A stretch of DNA of 42,740 nt, taken from positions 1-42,740 of the forward strand of contig NW_021835082.1 in NCBI RefSeq assembly GCF_006345805.1, in the 5' to 3' direction. Numbering within the stretch: the stretch's first letter is position 1; each line of letters starts with the position of its first letter. The notes beneath the pieces were generated by a model that was not told where the DNA came from, made no database searches, and saw only the letters and a list, made by a program, of their open reading frames with translations. Below are positions 11,657 through 23,760 of the stretch, piece by piece. Origin of the DNA: Octopus sinensis. Lineage: Eukaryota. The translations under genes were made by a program, and so were the position numbers.

Positions 11657-11782
11657 GTCGCGCACATATGGTTGTGATGCATGTGCCTAGTGTACCCTTA
11701 TCAGACGGGTAGTGATGATGTGTGTACTGGATTTCGTATATTTTACCCCAGTGTCACTTTGATGGCATGCATTGTTCTCTCA
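11657..11782 (+). mobile_element. Family N element, 5'-truncated
   Basis: GTCGCGCACATATGGTTGTGATG...CAGTGTCACTTTGATGGCATGC..TCTCTCA matches 1760-1886; (AAT)n on both sides. Confidence 0.9.
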
Positions 11783-11803
11783 AATAATAATAATGATAAT
11801 AAT

Positions 11804-11841
<38 letters not shown>

Positions 11842-11845
<4 letters not shown>

Positions 11846-12256
11846 CTTACTCTTTACTCTCTTTTACTTGTTTCAGTCATGTGGCTGTGGCCATGCTGGA
11901 GCACCGCTTTTAGTCGAGCAAATCGAACCCAGGATTTATTTTTTTTAAGCCTAGTACTTATTCTATCGGTGTCTTTTGACGAACCGCTAAGTTACGGGGT
12001 CGTAAATACACCAGCATCGATTGTCAAGCGATGTTGCGAGGACAAACACAGATACACAAGCCTACACACACATACGTATATATATACATATATACGACGA
12101 GCTTTTTTAAGTTTCCGTCTACCAAATCCACTCACAAGGCACTGGTCGGCCCAAGGCTATAGTAGAAGACGCTTGCCCAAGGTGCCACGCAACGGGGCTG
12201 AACCCGGAACCATGTGGTTCGTAAGTAAGCTACTTACCACACAGCCGCTCCCACGA
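11842..12256 (-). mobile_element. tRNA-derived SINE family B, full length
   Basis: Minus strand GGGAGCGGCTGTGTGGTAAG (A box), CCGGGTTCAGCCCC (B box), GCACCTTGGGCAAG motif typical of CORE/V-type SINEs, internal TA/TG microsatellite, tail GAAACAAGTAAAAGAGTAAAGAGT. Confidence 0.9.
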
Positions 12257-12289
12257 CTAATAATAATAATAATGATAATAATAATGATA

Positions 12290-12339
<50 letters not shown>

Positions 12340-12343
12340 CATA

Positions 12344-12755
12344 AGGCCGGATATAGTATCAGAGATCACCAAGAAAAAATGCTTCCTAATCGATGTATCA
12401 ATAACAACAGATGACAATGTTTCTCTAAAAGAAAGGGAGAAACTTTCAAAATACAAAGACCTGGAAACAGAGGTAACTCAAATGTGGAGGCTAAAAACAG
12501 AAACAATTTCTATCATAGTAGGCGCATTAGGTATGATAGAAAAATATTCTGACAAACACATAACAAAGATGCCAGGAATTACAAGTATATATAACATACA
12601 GAAAATAGCACTACTAGGCACCCTACACATCCTGCGCAAAGCACTTTCAATACAGTTAAAAAAGAGCACCACGACAAATCACAGCACATACCCAGTGTAC
12701 ACAGAGCTGCACTCGGTAATGAAGTGAAAGTACGTGATAAAAATAAGTCTACAGA
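12344..12755 (+). mobile_element. R4/Dong LINE, 3' fragment
   Basis: RPDIV..KKCFLIDVSI..KLSKYKDLE..IVGALG..ALLGTLHILRKAL plus the 3' UTR, then (AAT)n. Confidence 0.93.
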
Positions 12756-12783
12756 ATAATAATAATAAATATTATAATAATAA

Positions 12784-12825
<42 letters not shown>

Positions 12826-14510
12826 GGATGACCTAAAACTATACGCTGCAAATGACAAACAGGATGACATAAAACTATACGCTGCAAATGACAAACAGCT
12901 GGAAACACTATTAAAGAAAGTCCATGGATTTACCAAAGAAATAGATATGAAATTTGGATTAGAAAAATGCGCCAAAGTAATCATGAAAAGAGGAAAACTA
13001 ATTAAGAGTAGCAACATCACACTAGATAAAACCAATGAAATAAGAGAATTAGACCAAAGCCAAACTTACAAATACTTAGGAATCCATGAACTAGATAAGA
13101 CACAACACACACAAATGAAAGAGAAAAAAGAGAATATTATAGACGAGTTAGATCAATACTAAAAACAGAGCTCAATGCTAAAAACAAGATAATAGGTATT
13201 AACACTTTAGCGGTCCCAGTTATAAGTTGCAGCTACAATATCTTTAACTGGACACTAAATGAACTGACCAAAATAGATAGGAAAACAAGAAAAATAATGA
13301 CAGGATCTAGGATGCATCACCAAAATCTGACATAGAAAGACTATATATACAACGTATAGAGGTGGTAGAGGCCTTATACAGCTGGAAAACTACTATAAAA
13401 AACCATAGGACTGCAAAAATATACCTACTTCAGAAGGAGGAAAACTGATACAAATAGCGGCAAAACACGAGCAAAACAAAAAACTGTTCTCAGTATTTAA
13501 GGAAGCTGACAAATACAAACAAGAAATCATACCACCTAAAGAAGAAGAAGAAGAAGAAGAAGAAGAAGAAGAAGAAGAAGAAGAAGAAACAACAAAAGCT
13601 ATAAAACAAATGAAATCCAAACTAAAACTAGAACAGCAAAGAACCATGATAAAACGATGGTAAGAAAAGCCCCTTCATGGTAAATACTGGACTAAACTAA
13701 ATGCAAAAGAAATAGACAAAGAAAAATCCCAGCAATGGTTGATAAGCTCAGGACTCAAAGCAGAGACAGAGGGATTTTTAATTGCAGCACAAGACCAAAG
13801 CCTCCACACCAGAAATTACCAAAAACATGTAATGAAAAGAAATATAACAAGTAACTGCAGAATATGTGGAGATGGACAAGAAACAATGAATCATATTATC
13901 TCTGGCTGCCCAGTCCTGGCTAAGAAGGAATATATTCACAGACATGACAGAGTTGGAACCTACATACACTCGAAGCTATGCCAACATTATGGAATAACAA
14001 CAGAAAAAAGATGGTATAGGCACACACCAGAAAAGATCATAGAAAGCAATCATACTCTGGGATATGCCGATACACACAGATAGAGAAATTAAGGCCAACA
14101 GACCAGATATAGTTGTCAGAGATCATGAAGAAAAAAAATGCTTTCTAATTGATGTATCAATACCGGCAGATGACAACGTGTCTCTAAAAGAAATGGAGAA
14201 ACTTTCAAAATACAAAGACCTGGAAATAGAGATAACCAGAATGTGGAATCTAAAAACAGAAACAATCCTTATCATAGTAGGTGCATTAGGCATGATAAAA
14301 ACATATTCATACAAATACATAACAAAAACACCAGGACTTACAAACACATATAACATTCAGAAAATTGCACTACTAGGCACTGCACACATCCAACGCAGAA
14401 CACTTTCCATACAATAACCATCAGAGCTTCACAACAATTCACAGCACATACCCAAGGCACACAGAGCTGCGCTCGGTAGTGAAGTGAAAGCACGCTATAA
14501 AAATAAAAAA
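12826..14510 (+). mobile_element. R4/Dong LINE, 5'-truncated copy of the same family as 4485-8519
   Basis: Starts at the (M)DDLKLY motif; near-identical to the reverse complement of 4490-6127; CRICG..NHIISGC, NRPDIV, IDVSIP, KYKDLE; 3' UTR then (AAT/AAC)n. Confidence 0.95.
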
Positions 14511-14567
14511 GAAACAATAATAATAATGATGATAATAACAACAACAACAACAACAACAACAATAATA

Positions 14568-15721
14568 CGGTGTAAACTTTCAGTCCTGATATCAGAATGG
14601 AGTTCGGAGTGAGAAAGTGTAGTGTGTTAATCTTGAAGAAAGGCAAGATCAAATGTATTTACGGGCTATCGATACCGTCGGGGGAGGTTATGAAGCGGAT
14701 GGAAGAGACGTGCTATAGGTACTTGGGGATTTTGGAAATAGATAAATTGATGGAGAAAGAAATGACAGAAAAATTTAAGGTGGAGTACTTGCGCAGACTA
14801 TGACTGATCCTTTAGTCTAAATTAAACGTACAGAATAAGATTGAAGCTATCAATACCTGGGCGGTTTCACTCCTTAGATATGGAGCAGTGATAATCGCAT
14901 GGACAATAAACGAACTAAACAGCTTAGACAGAAAGACAAGGAAGTTGCTAACTATATATAAGACACTCCACCCAAAACGTGACACAGACAAACTGTATGT
15001 ACCAAGAAAAATAGGGCGAAGATGACTTATTGGATGCGAATACAGAATTAGTGCAGAAGAAAACAACAAATATGTAAAAACAAAGACGTGGTATGAGAAA
15101 ACCCCAGGAGTTAAGGACCAAATACGTGAAGTGCAGCGACAAATACAGAATGTTTAGTGAGAGGGGTGAAACAGCATGATACAGTTACCGAATGCTCGAA
15201 ATTGGCACAACGCGAATACAAAAGACACCATGACAATGTGGTAACAATGAGCCATTTGGAGTTCTGTGGAAATCACGGGCTACAAAGAGCAAAGACGTGG
15301 CATGAGCACACCCCAAGAGTTACCGAGAATGAGAATAGCAAAACCCTGTGGGATGTCGTAATTCAGTGCGATCACCTGACTAGACATTGTTGTTGTGAAT
15401 AAAAAAGAAAGAACATGCATGATAAGCGGTATAGCATACACCGGTGACAACATGTTCAATGTGAAAGAAGAAAAATAAACAACTATGACGATTTGAAGCG
15501 GGGAATACGAAGGTTGTGGTCAATGAGAGTAGACGTGATACCAATGGTAATTGGTGCACTTGGAATTATCAGTACTCAACTACCAATATGACTGAAAAAC
15601 ATTGGTGCAAGTGTGAAGGTAGAACACCTACAAGAATCAGCATTGCCTGAAACTGCAAGAATCTTTCTCAGCTGTGTACAGCTGACATCATACCCTGCAA
15701 AATAAGCTGAGTTTTCATCGC

Positions 15722-15722
<1 letters not shown>
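14568..15722 (+). mobile_element. Diverged R4/Dong subfamily, 5'-truncated and internally deleted
   Basis: MEFGVRKC, RYLGILE..EYLRRL, KIEAINTWAVSLLRYG, HPKRDTDKLY, CSKLAQREYKRHHDNV, LWD, DLKREIRRLW, IGALG; followed by (AAT)n 15723-15780. Confidence 0.88.
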
Positions 15723-15780
<58 letters not shown>

Positions 15781-15970
15781 CCTTTCTATTAAAGGCACAA
15801 GGCCTGAAATTTTAGGGGAGGAAGCTAGTATATTACATCGACCTTAGTATTTCACTAGTACTTAATTTATCGACTCCGAAAGGATGAAAAGCAAAGTCGA
15901 TATCGGTGGAGTTTTAATTCAGAACGTAGCGGTGGGCGAAATACCACTAAGAATTTTGTCTTCTGTGCTA
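15781..15970 (-). mobile_element. SINE family A (tail type 2)
   Basis: CCTTTCTATTAAAGGCACAAGGCCTGAAATTTT...TTTATCGACTCCGAAAGGATGAAAAGCAAAGTCGA. Confidence 0.85.
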
Positions 15971-15985
15971 ATAATAAATGATGAT

Positions 15986-17223
15986 TTCTTTTATTGGCCA
16001 CAAGGGCCCAAAACATCGAGGACAATATCGAAGGACGAGTTAAAGTACAACAAAAAAAAGAAAACGTGGTGTTAACATCAATCAAGGAGAGATACTACCA
16101 CATTAAAGGATATAACAGAGGATGTATAATAGAAACTAGAGAAATGAATAATGAATAAATAAAATTAGAAACCCCTAAAGCGCGACAGTCCACTTAGGGT
16201 AATCCGGGGTAAACCCGACACAAACTTCCCAGATTACTCTGCAATCTCCAAGATATGGGAAAGTGCCTTCTTCCAGTTTATTTCCTCCTGCTTAGAAAAA
16301 CATATTCAGAGTAGGTCCATTCAGTCTCACCGCCGACCACCTTTTGATAAACACATTAGAAAGCAGCAGCAGCCTCTCGACCCTCACCTTCCTCTTCAAA
16401 TGATATTTGAAGAAACTGATGTGGACTTGACCAGATAAGAAAGTGACTGTCTTCAAATCTTTCAGACGGGTCCACCACACAGCCTCTTTTGCCACAGCCA
16501 CTAAGCAGAGAAAGTTCTGCCTTCCTACTCTACTAAGAGAAGGTAGTGCGTCGATCTTCACTATACAGTCGGCAGACAGCTGAATTCGTCTTACACGCTA
16601 CAACAGCTGCTCTACGCAATCCCACAACTCTCTAAGGCACGGACACTGTATTATTGCATGCAGGACGGTTTCATCCCCTGCAAGCATCTCGGACAGGTTC
16701 AGCTGTTGGCACTTTCATGTCTGAAGAGCTTGTCTCGAACGGCCAATACCCTTCTTTAGCAGTTGCCAATCCCAAAACTTTTGGAAATTGTCCATTATCT
16801 TCGGCCCGAAGGTTCCCTGGAAGTGACTACTCAAACTGTTCTTGTCGATGCCTAGATTTAATCCATCATTTATGCCCTCAAATAGCCCCCGCTGGAAATC
16901 TTGGTCTGTTTTCTCGCTAACGCTTTTGAGCAGCTGGCGCAATGCAGTGAGCGCCTGGCAACATTCTAGATGCCAAACACCTAACCTTGGCCTACGTTTG
17001 CCCCATGACTGCAGTTCTGTTAATGAGATGAGCTGCGGAAAGACGTTTTGCACGAAAGACGCCCACACCAGTTCACCCTTATTTTCGTCGTCGCCGTCCA
17101 CATCATTGCAGTGATTTAGATATTTCTGTAAATGCGACACCCTCAAAGCGTGGCAACGCATCATTAAAGATGGCATCCCAAGACCACCATTGTGTGGTCC
17201 CCCTGTTGCCAGCTTTTGGACCA
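15986..17223 (-). mobile_element. Tx1/L1-clade LINE, 5'-truncated
   Basis: GGLGMPSL..RCHALR, DNFQKFWDWQ, CPRC remnant, AVAKEAVWWTRLK...FFKYHLKRKVRVER; 3' end GCCCTTGTGGCCAATAAAAGAAA. Confidence 0.88.
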
Positions 17224-17296
17224 TTATCAGATGGGTAGTCATGATGGGTATATTGAGCTTCGTGTCACTTTGATAGCATGACCTGCTCTCTAACTC

Positions 17297-17297
<1 letters not shown>
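17224..17297 (+). mobile_element. Family N element, short 3' fragment
   Basis: TTATCAGATGGGTAGTCATGATGGGTAT...GTCACTTTGATAGCATG..GCTCTCTAACTCA then (AAT)n. Confidence 0.85.
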
Positions 17298-17338
<41 letters not shown>

Positions 17339-18904
17339 TCCAGATTTTGGCACAAAGCCAGCAATATTTAGGGAAGGGGACTAGACATAGTTGGAATTCA
17401 ACCGAACAAAAAAGCTTGATGTTGGTGTTCCATTGAAAAATTACTTCTTGTCTGAAAAATGTCTCCAAGAATGTGTGAAGAGAAAAGTGATGTGACTCTG
17501 TTTCCGAAAAGCGGAGGGTGCGCTCAGTGTGCTCTCAACAGAGCATCTCCAGGAAATTCTAGCCGATATGTGAAGTGATTTTCATGGAATAGTGAAAGTT
17601 ATTCAAACGCGTCTGTTCGGTTATCAAAATTGACGTCAAGACGAGACGATAAGCAGAGACAGTACGACATTCTAAGTTTCATACAGCAATACAAGAGTGA
17701 CAATCTGTGTCATTTTAATGGCAATACCAATTGATATGATGTCACTTATATAGCAAAATATGAGCAGCTGGTCGTGGTGGCCAGTGCGGATGCGACGAAA
17801 GATATTTTTTAATGAACCACCGATGCCAAGCTTATTTGTCAGTTTGAAGTTTGTCTATATTTGAAAATTATCTCTGCCGAGCAGCATTACCAGTAAGAAT
17901 GTCTCCATTTTCCTTCTCATTCTCACTGAGCAAATGCTTTGTTGTTTTTTATTTTGTTGTTTTTATTTGGTTGGTTCTTTTGTTTTGTTTTCCTTTTTTA
18001 TACCCATTGTTTTTGTGTTATTACCAAAAACATGTTGTTCTTACTAGTATTAATTTCTGCAGAGATATTCCTTCAAAGGAATATCCCTGTGTTCTCTGTT
18101 GCAAAAATACCCTTTATCTCTATTTTTCTTTTACCTGATTGTTTTTTTTTTGTTTTTTTTTTGTGTAGTTGGGTTCACTTGTATTTTTCTTTGAGAGTTA
18201 TTTTCTTCCATCTCCTGTCGACCATTTCAGTTGAAATTTTTTATTTAAAAATGTATAAATATGGCTAACCTTAACAACAACAGACTCTAAGGTTCAGAAA
18301 TAAAAGTGGGAGACTGAAGGTCTAATAACTGTGACTCCAAACGAGTGTAAATATTCTAATATGTATATTATCAAGAACTATTGTTCTTGATAATAAACAT
18401 ATTAAAATATGCTGAAATTCAGCATGTGTTAGGTTTGGTGGTGCCGATAATAACATAGTAATTGGGTATACTAATCTGGCTGTGTCAGAACATATCAAAA
18501 GAGAGATCAGGGTTTACTAGAAGGAAATTAAGCACCCAACTACTGGAAAAATTCATATATCCCTGAGACAGTAACATAAAAATTAAAATGATTGCAGAGA
18601 GTTGTGAATGTGTCGACAGGACAACCTTATAAAAAACAACAGATCTAGAATAATGGCACCTCAAATCATTAGGCCACATAATAACATCTGGGGAAATATG
18701 GCTGAAAATCTCTCCAAGTATAAAAACCAAAATCGAACTAGTAAGAATACAGAATACAGAGAGAGTGTGTGTGTCTGAGAAAGAGAGAGATTGCGTGTGT
18801 GTGTGTGTGCGTGTATTTATATTTCATTGAACAGGAAGTCACTGCTGCGAGGCTTGTTTTGTTTGTTGTTACATGTTTTATTGTTATCGTTTGGCGCGGT
18901 TTTT

Positions 18905-19032
18905 ATTACAGTACCTGCTGCTGTTGCTGTTGCTGATGCTGCAGTTGTTTGCAGTCCTGCTTTGTTGTTGATTTTCTCCCCCCCCCGTGCCTGTTGCTGG
19001 TGTTGTTGTTGTTGTTGTTGTTGTTTTTGTTG

Positions 19033-19064
<32 letters not shown>

Positions 19065-19400
19065 GGTGCTGGTGCTGCTGCTGCTGCTGCTGCTGGTACT
19101 GATGCTGGTGCTTGTGCTGGTAGTTGTATTGATGCTGGTGTTCGTCGTCGTCTTCATCGTGGTCCCACTGTTGTTTTTGATGTTGCTATTCTTGTTATTG
19201 AAGAGGATCATGATCATGATGATGCTGATGATGATGGTAACGACGACGACGAGGATAATGATGAAGCCAACGACAACGTCTACAATGATGATGATGATAC
19301 TGTGGTCGCTGCTGCCGCTACCGCTGTTGTTGTGGTGATTGTTACAATCGCGGTATTGTTAGTAGCGGTGGATGTCACCTTTGTAATTTTAATGAAGCTT
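18905..19400. repeat. Composite trinucleotide tract (GCT/GTT/GGT/GAT/GAC in one register)
   Basis: Successive motif switches that keep the GNN phase; open in several frames only because of low complexity. Confidence 0.85.
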
Positions 19401-19879
19401 GCTTTCCCTTGAACCAAAAGAAAAGTTTATTGGCTCGCTGCGCGGGCAAATAATGAAGTCTCTCCATAATCTCAATTTTATTCTTAATGTTGTGTCCATT
19501 ATTTTTTGCTGTAGCTGCTTCAACTTCTACTTGTCTTTTTCAATCATTTTTTAGTAACATTTTACTAAAGACGCAAAACTGGGGACTCTTAATATGATCC
19601 TATTGCTTTTCTTCTTTCTTTTATTAGATACTATGGGTCTTTACGGTTCTATTGCTCTTTGAATCATCTACGGCAGCTCTTTCATCTCCTTTTGTGGAGA
19701 ATATTATTACGCTATCATGTTTTAATGAAATTACCGACGTTTAAAAAAAAAAAGGTTACGGTGATGACACAGTCCAGAAGCGAGAGCGTCGTAAAAAGAA
19801 AAAAGACACACGTCACTGAATTGCAAGTCAGTTTTTCCACGAGACTGTCGACTATAGCTAATGCGTTTTAATCAGTTTT

Positions 19880-20033
19880 TAGAGCAGAACAGCAAACAAT
19901 TGACGATACATCCGTGATGACAAGGACAAATAGAGTTAACAGACAGGAAGTTCTGCCAGTATTGTTCAAAACCAAAGTAAAAAGACGTGGTATAAACATA
20001 CTCCAGAAAATGACAAGACAACCATCGTCTTGT
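19880..20033 (+). mobile_element. Degenerate R4 fragment (CCHC-to-RLE linker)
   Basis: TGGTATAAACATACTCCAGAAAATGACAAGACAACCATC = [13 protein letters not shown], compare WYRHTPEKVTENEK in the full element. Confidence 0.55.
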
Positions 20034-20136
20034 ATGTTTGTATGTATGTATGTGCGTATGCATACATAGATAGATACGCACACACATACACATATATAAG
20101 TACACACACACACACGCACATATATATATATATATT

Positions 20137-20191
<55 letters not shown>

Positions 20192-20374
20192 CATACACAC
20201 ACATAAATATACACACATAAACTCAAACAAACATTCATATAAAAATAAGAGCATATTTATTCTGTTATTCTTTTATTCTTCTATAGGTTTCAGTCCTAAG
20301 GCGGTGACCATGCGTATCTTTTCTATGCTGAAGCACTGCCTTTAAGGGTCTTAGTCGAACATGGGTTTTAGTCG

Positions 20375-20412
<38 letters not shown>

Positions 20413-20851
20413 ACTGTTCTGTTCTTAATTGGGTCAACACAAAATTTACTCTATCTAATGGGAAATAGATATAATTTATATACACATTGTTTAAATATGA
20501 GGTGCTAATGGTTTCATACTATGGAAACGCAATAATTCGGCATATAAGACATGATATATAAATCTACCGAATTATGCGTTTCCACAACATGAAAAATATT
20601 ATAGTATACTGTATATATATATATCAAAGTGTCAATAAGACAATCGGAAATTGTTATACACCGCTGATTATAATATGCTTCCTCACATTGTTGATGCTAT
20701 TGTTGTTGTTGAGATAATTTCTCTTTCTTTCCTGATTAGAAGATAACATTATATTACACCGTTTATTCCTTTGGAATAAAACCAAAGTTGCCTTCGAAAC
20801 ATATGTTGAAAGTAAAAGAATTTGAATAACATCTGCATTCAACTCCATTTA

Positions 20852-21235
20852 TCTCTCTATATATAACGGCAGTTTGTCTGTGCGTGTTTCTGTGTGTCTG
20901 TTTGCTTGTACCCTCACCCTGACCACGGCTTTCAACCGATTCTGATGAAACTTGACACACACATAGCCCAATGTCATAATTCAAAACTAACGCAGCGAAA
21001 ATTTTGAAAAGTTCCCCCAGTTCTGAAAAAAATCGATAAATTCGACATGGGGTCGAGAATCAGAAACACAAACCACAAACTGTCTAAGGGAACGCAACTC
21101 CACCTTTTTTAACTCTCACAAAAAATTTACCATCATTTTTTTCCATTTTTTTGCTATTTTTTGGCTATAACTCTCTAAAAATGCTTTATAGTTATTTCCC
21201 TTACAAACCTGAGCAACGCCGGGCGATACTGCTAG
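20852..21235 (+). mobile_element. Non-autonomous Helitron
   Basis: 5' A|TCTCTCTATATATAA, internal CCGATTCTGATGAAACTTG, subterminal hairpin CCTGAGC-AAC-GCCGGG, 3' CTAG|T; inserted at an AT dinucleotide with no TSD. Confidence 0.85.
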
Positions 21236-21396
21236 TTTACTTATACTATACAAATTTCTGCACATTAATCCGGAGTTTCTACCTTTGAATAGGTCGCTAC
21301 ATCCTTGTTACTTGCATGAATTTTGCTACCCTGGTAACTGTTTATTGAATTTTCCGTGTTAACTGTAAACAAAGGATAATTCGTTCATCCATTTCC

Positions 21397-21454
<58 letters not shown>

Positions 21455-22519
21455 TATATATATACACACACACACATAAATATGTGTGTATGAATATATA
21501 TGTGTATGTGCGTGTATGTACGCGTGTGTGTGCGTATGTTGTGTGTGTGTGTAAAAACTGCACAGAAATGTGGTTTTTTGTTCGGTTTCACTGCATGTCA
21601 TCTTGGGCAAATATAGCCTCGGACTTATGAATGATTTGTAAATATAATTATAAGACGGAATTCTCCTTTCTCTCTCTCTCTCTCTCTCTCACCCACTCAC
21701 ACGCACACACACATACACACATATACATACATGCATACATACATGCATACATGCATACATGCATACATACATACATACATATACGCACACATGCATTTCC
21801 TACCTACATAAATTTTTGTAAATGCACGCATGTACGTATATATATGCATGTATATATGAATATATGGATATGCATTGCTATAGTCATGTGACCCAGCATA
21901 GCTGCAGTCCGTTAAGTAAATATGTAAAAGACTAAAAGAATATCAGACATGGAAATGCATCATTTTGAGAAAATATATATAAGTTACAAAAGGCAGTCGT
22001 TAACACATGTACGGAATTGTGACCAACAAAATTTGATATATATATATATATTGGAATATAAGGATACAAATAAATCTATATGATAATTAGCGTGTTCGTT
22101 CGCCCGTTATAAATTAGTTAGTTAGAGAGGTGGAGGTGGAGTGAGTGAGAGGGAGAGAGAGAGGAAAAAGTGTGAGTAAAGAAGGAAGACGTGAGAAAGC
22201 AGTAGTGAACGATATATAACAGGGCCAAAATGTGACACGTGGTTTGTTACAAGCAGAGGCGAAGAGCGAGAGGAAAAGACGGTAATAGGAAAGAGCAAAG
22301 GAGTACGAAAGGAGGAGGAGGAGGAGGAGGAGGAGGATAAGGAGGAATGAGAGAGGAGTGGGAGAGGAGGGGTGAGAGAGAAAGAAGGAGAGAGGAGGAG
22401 TAAGAGAGTAAGAGGGAGAGAGGGGGAGAAGGAGTGAGAGAGGAGGAGGAGTGAGAGAGGAGGAGGAGTGAGAGAGGAGAAGGGGTAAGAGAGGAAGAGT
22501 GACCATGTTGCTCGATTTT

Positions 22520-22745
22520 TCGAGTTAGACCCTGCCTACCGTGTTCTCTTCAGTGAGGATCCGGATGGGATGATGGCCCATTTTAGTCGACCACATGCCA
22601 CATGGTAACGGCAAATGACGAGGTATTTCGCGGAGATGAGGAAAGACTGGAGTCCGCTCGACGTGTTGCCCGGAAGGACTCGGGAATATACCGACAAATG
22701 CTGCAGCGGCATATGCCCAAACACCTGACCTGGTCTGGCATATGG
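22520..22745 (+). mobile_element. Possible RTE/CR1-like LINE 3' remnant
   Basis: Weak similarity (W.AHFSR...PGRTR) to the RL.W.GHV.R...GRPR C-terminal block; highly degenerate. Confidence 0.35.
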
Positions 22746-22802
22746 TTATATTGCTTCCGAAATATATGTAATAACATGGCAAAATATAAAACATATAATG
22801 AT

Positions 22803-22996
22803 AAGGCACCGAGCTCGCAGACTCGTCAGCTCACCAGGCAATATGCTTAGCGACATTTCATCGTCTTTGCCTTCTGAGCTCTCAAATTCCGCTGAAGTCG
22901 ACTTTCGGGGTTCATAAAATAAGGACCAGTTAAGCATTGAGGACGATGTAATTCTCCTCCGAAATTGCTGGTCTTGTGCCAAAATTTTAAACCAAT
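22803..22996 (+). mobile_element. SINE family A (degenerate)
   Basis: AAGGCACCGAGCTCGCAGACTCG...CAAATTCCGCTGAAGTCGACTTT...GAAATTGCTGGTCTTGTGCCAAAATTTT. Confidence 0.8.
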
Positions 22997-23236
22997 ATAA
23001 TAGAGAAAACAATAAAAACTATAAATGTAGTAATCATATTGTTAGTGAAAATACCAATAGAGTAGAGCTTCTCCCTCGCTCAACGACGAGGATTCAGCTA
23101 TTCGATCAGCAAACTATCTGCTTCCGAATTAACATGTATGTGGCTGAAAATTCCATAGATAGGCGTATCCTTAACGTCATTCGGAAGCAGGGCACGTGAT
23201 ACTGTGACTTTTTTAATTAGTGATACAATCCATTCA

Positions 23237-23398
23237 ACGGTCTTCTCTACTCCTTCTGTCTACCCAGTTTGACTTACAAAGGTGGCTCAACCCGAGGTTA
23301 TAGAAATAACATTCGCTAGAGATACATCTCTGTAGAATCGAACTTGCGACCTCGTGGCTGCAAAGTAAAATTCTTAACTATTCGACCACGTTGCGCCT
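23237..23398 (-). mobile_element. SINE family B, head fragment
   Basis: Degenerate match to the head of 11842-12256. Confidence 0.6.
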
Positions 23399-23554
23399 AC
23401 GCTAACACTGATCTTACCAAAACAAACTAAATTATCTATGAAGCAGTCGCAATGGTCATAAAAGAAAGCAGATCTCCATTCACAACTATTCATATACGAA
23501 ATACAAACAAACATAGAATGCAGAAAAAAAGTCTAATATTATGTTAGATACGGT

Positions 23555-23760
23555 GACATGGGTAATTGAAATAGACGAAAAGCAAACATAGAAATACTTG
23601 GGGATCAATGAACTAGACAGACAAATGCATACACACATAAAATAGAGGATTTGGAAAGAATATTAGACACTTTTTTTATAGATGAAATAGAGATAAATGC
23701 CAAAATAAGGTAATATGATAGGTTTCAATATTCTAGCTGTTTCAGACTGACAAACAAGAA
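23555..23760 (+). mobile_element. Degenerate R4 RT C-terminal fragment
   Basis: AAATACTTGGGGATCAATGAACTAGAC = KYLGINELD, then E.NAK..K and N.LAV remnants. Confidence 0.6.

Noticed and set aside
19628-19826. Plus-strand exon after a strong acceptor (ILWVFTVLLLFESSTAALS...), resembling a signal peptide
   Set aside because: In-frame TAA at 19742, and no phase-consistent link to the upstream candidate donor gives a long ORF.
22505-22552. Minus-strand CTGAAGA...GAAA spacing like a hammerhead
   Set aside because: No stem III or NUH site and no stem I partner.
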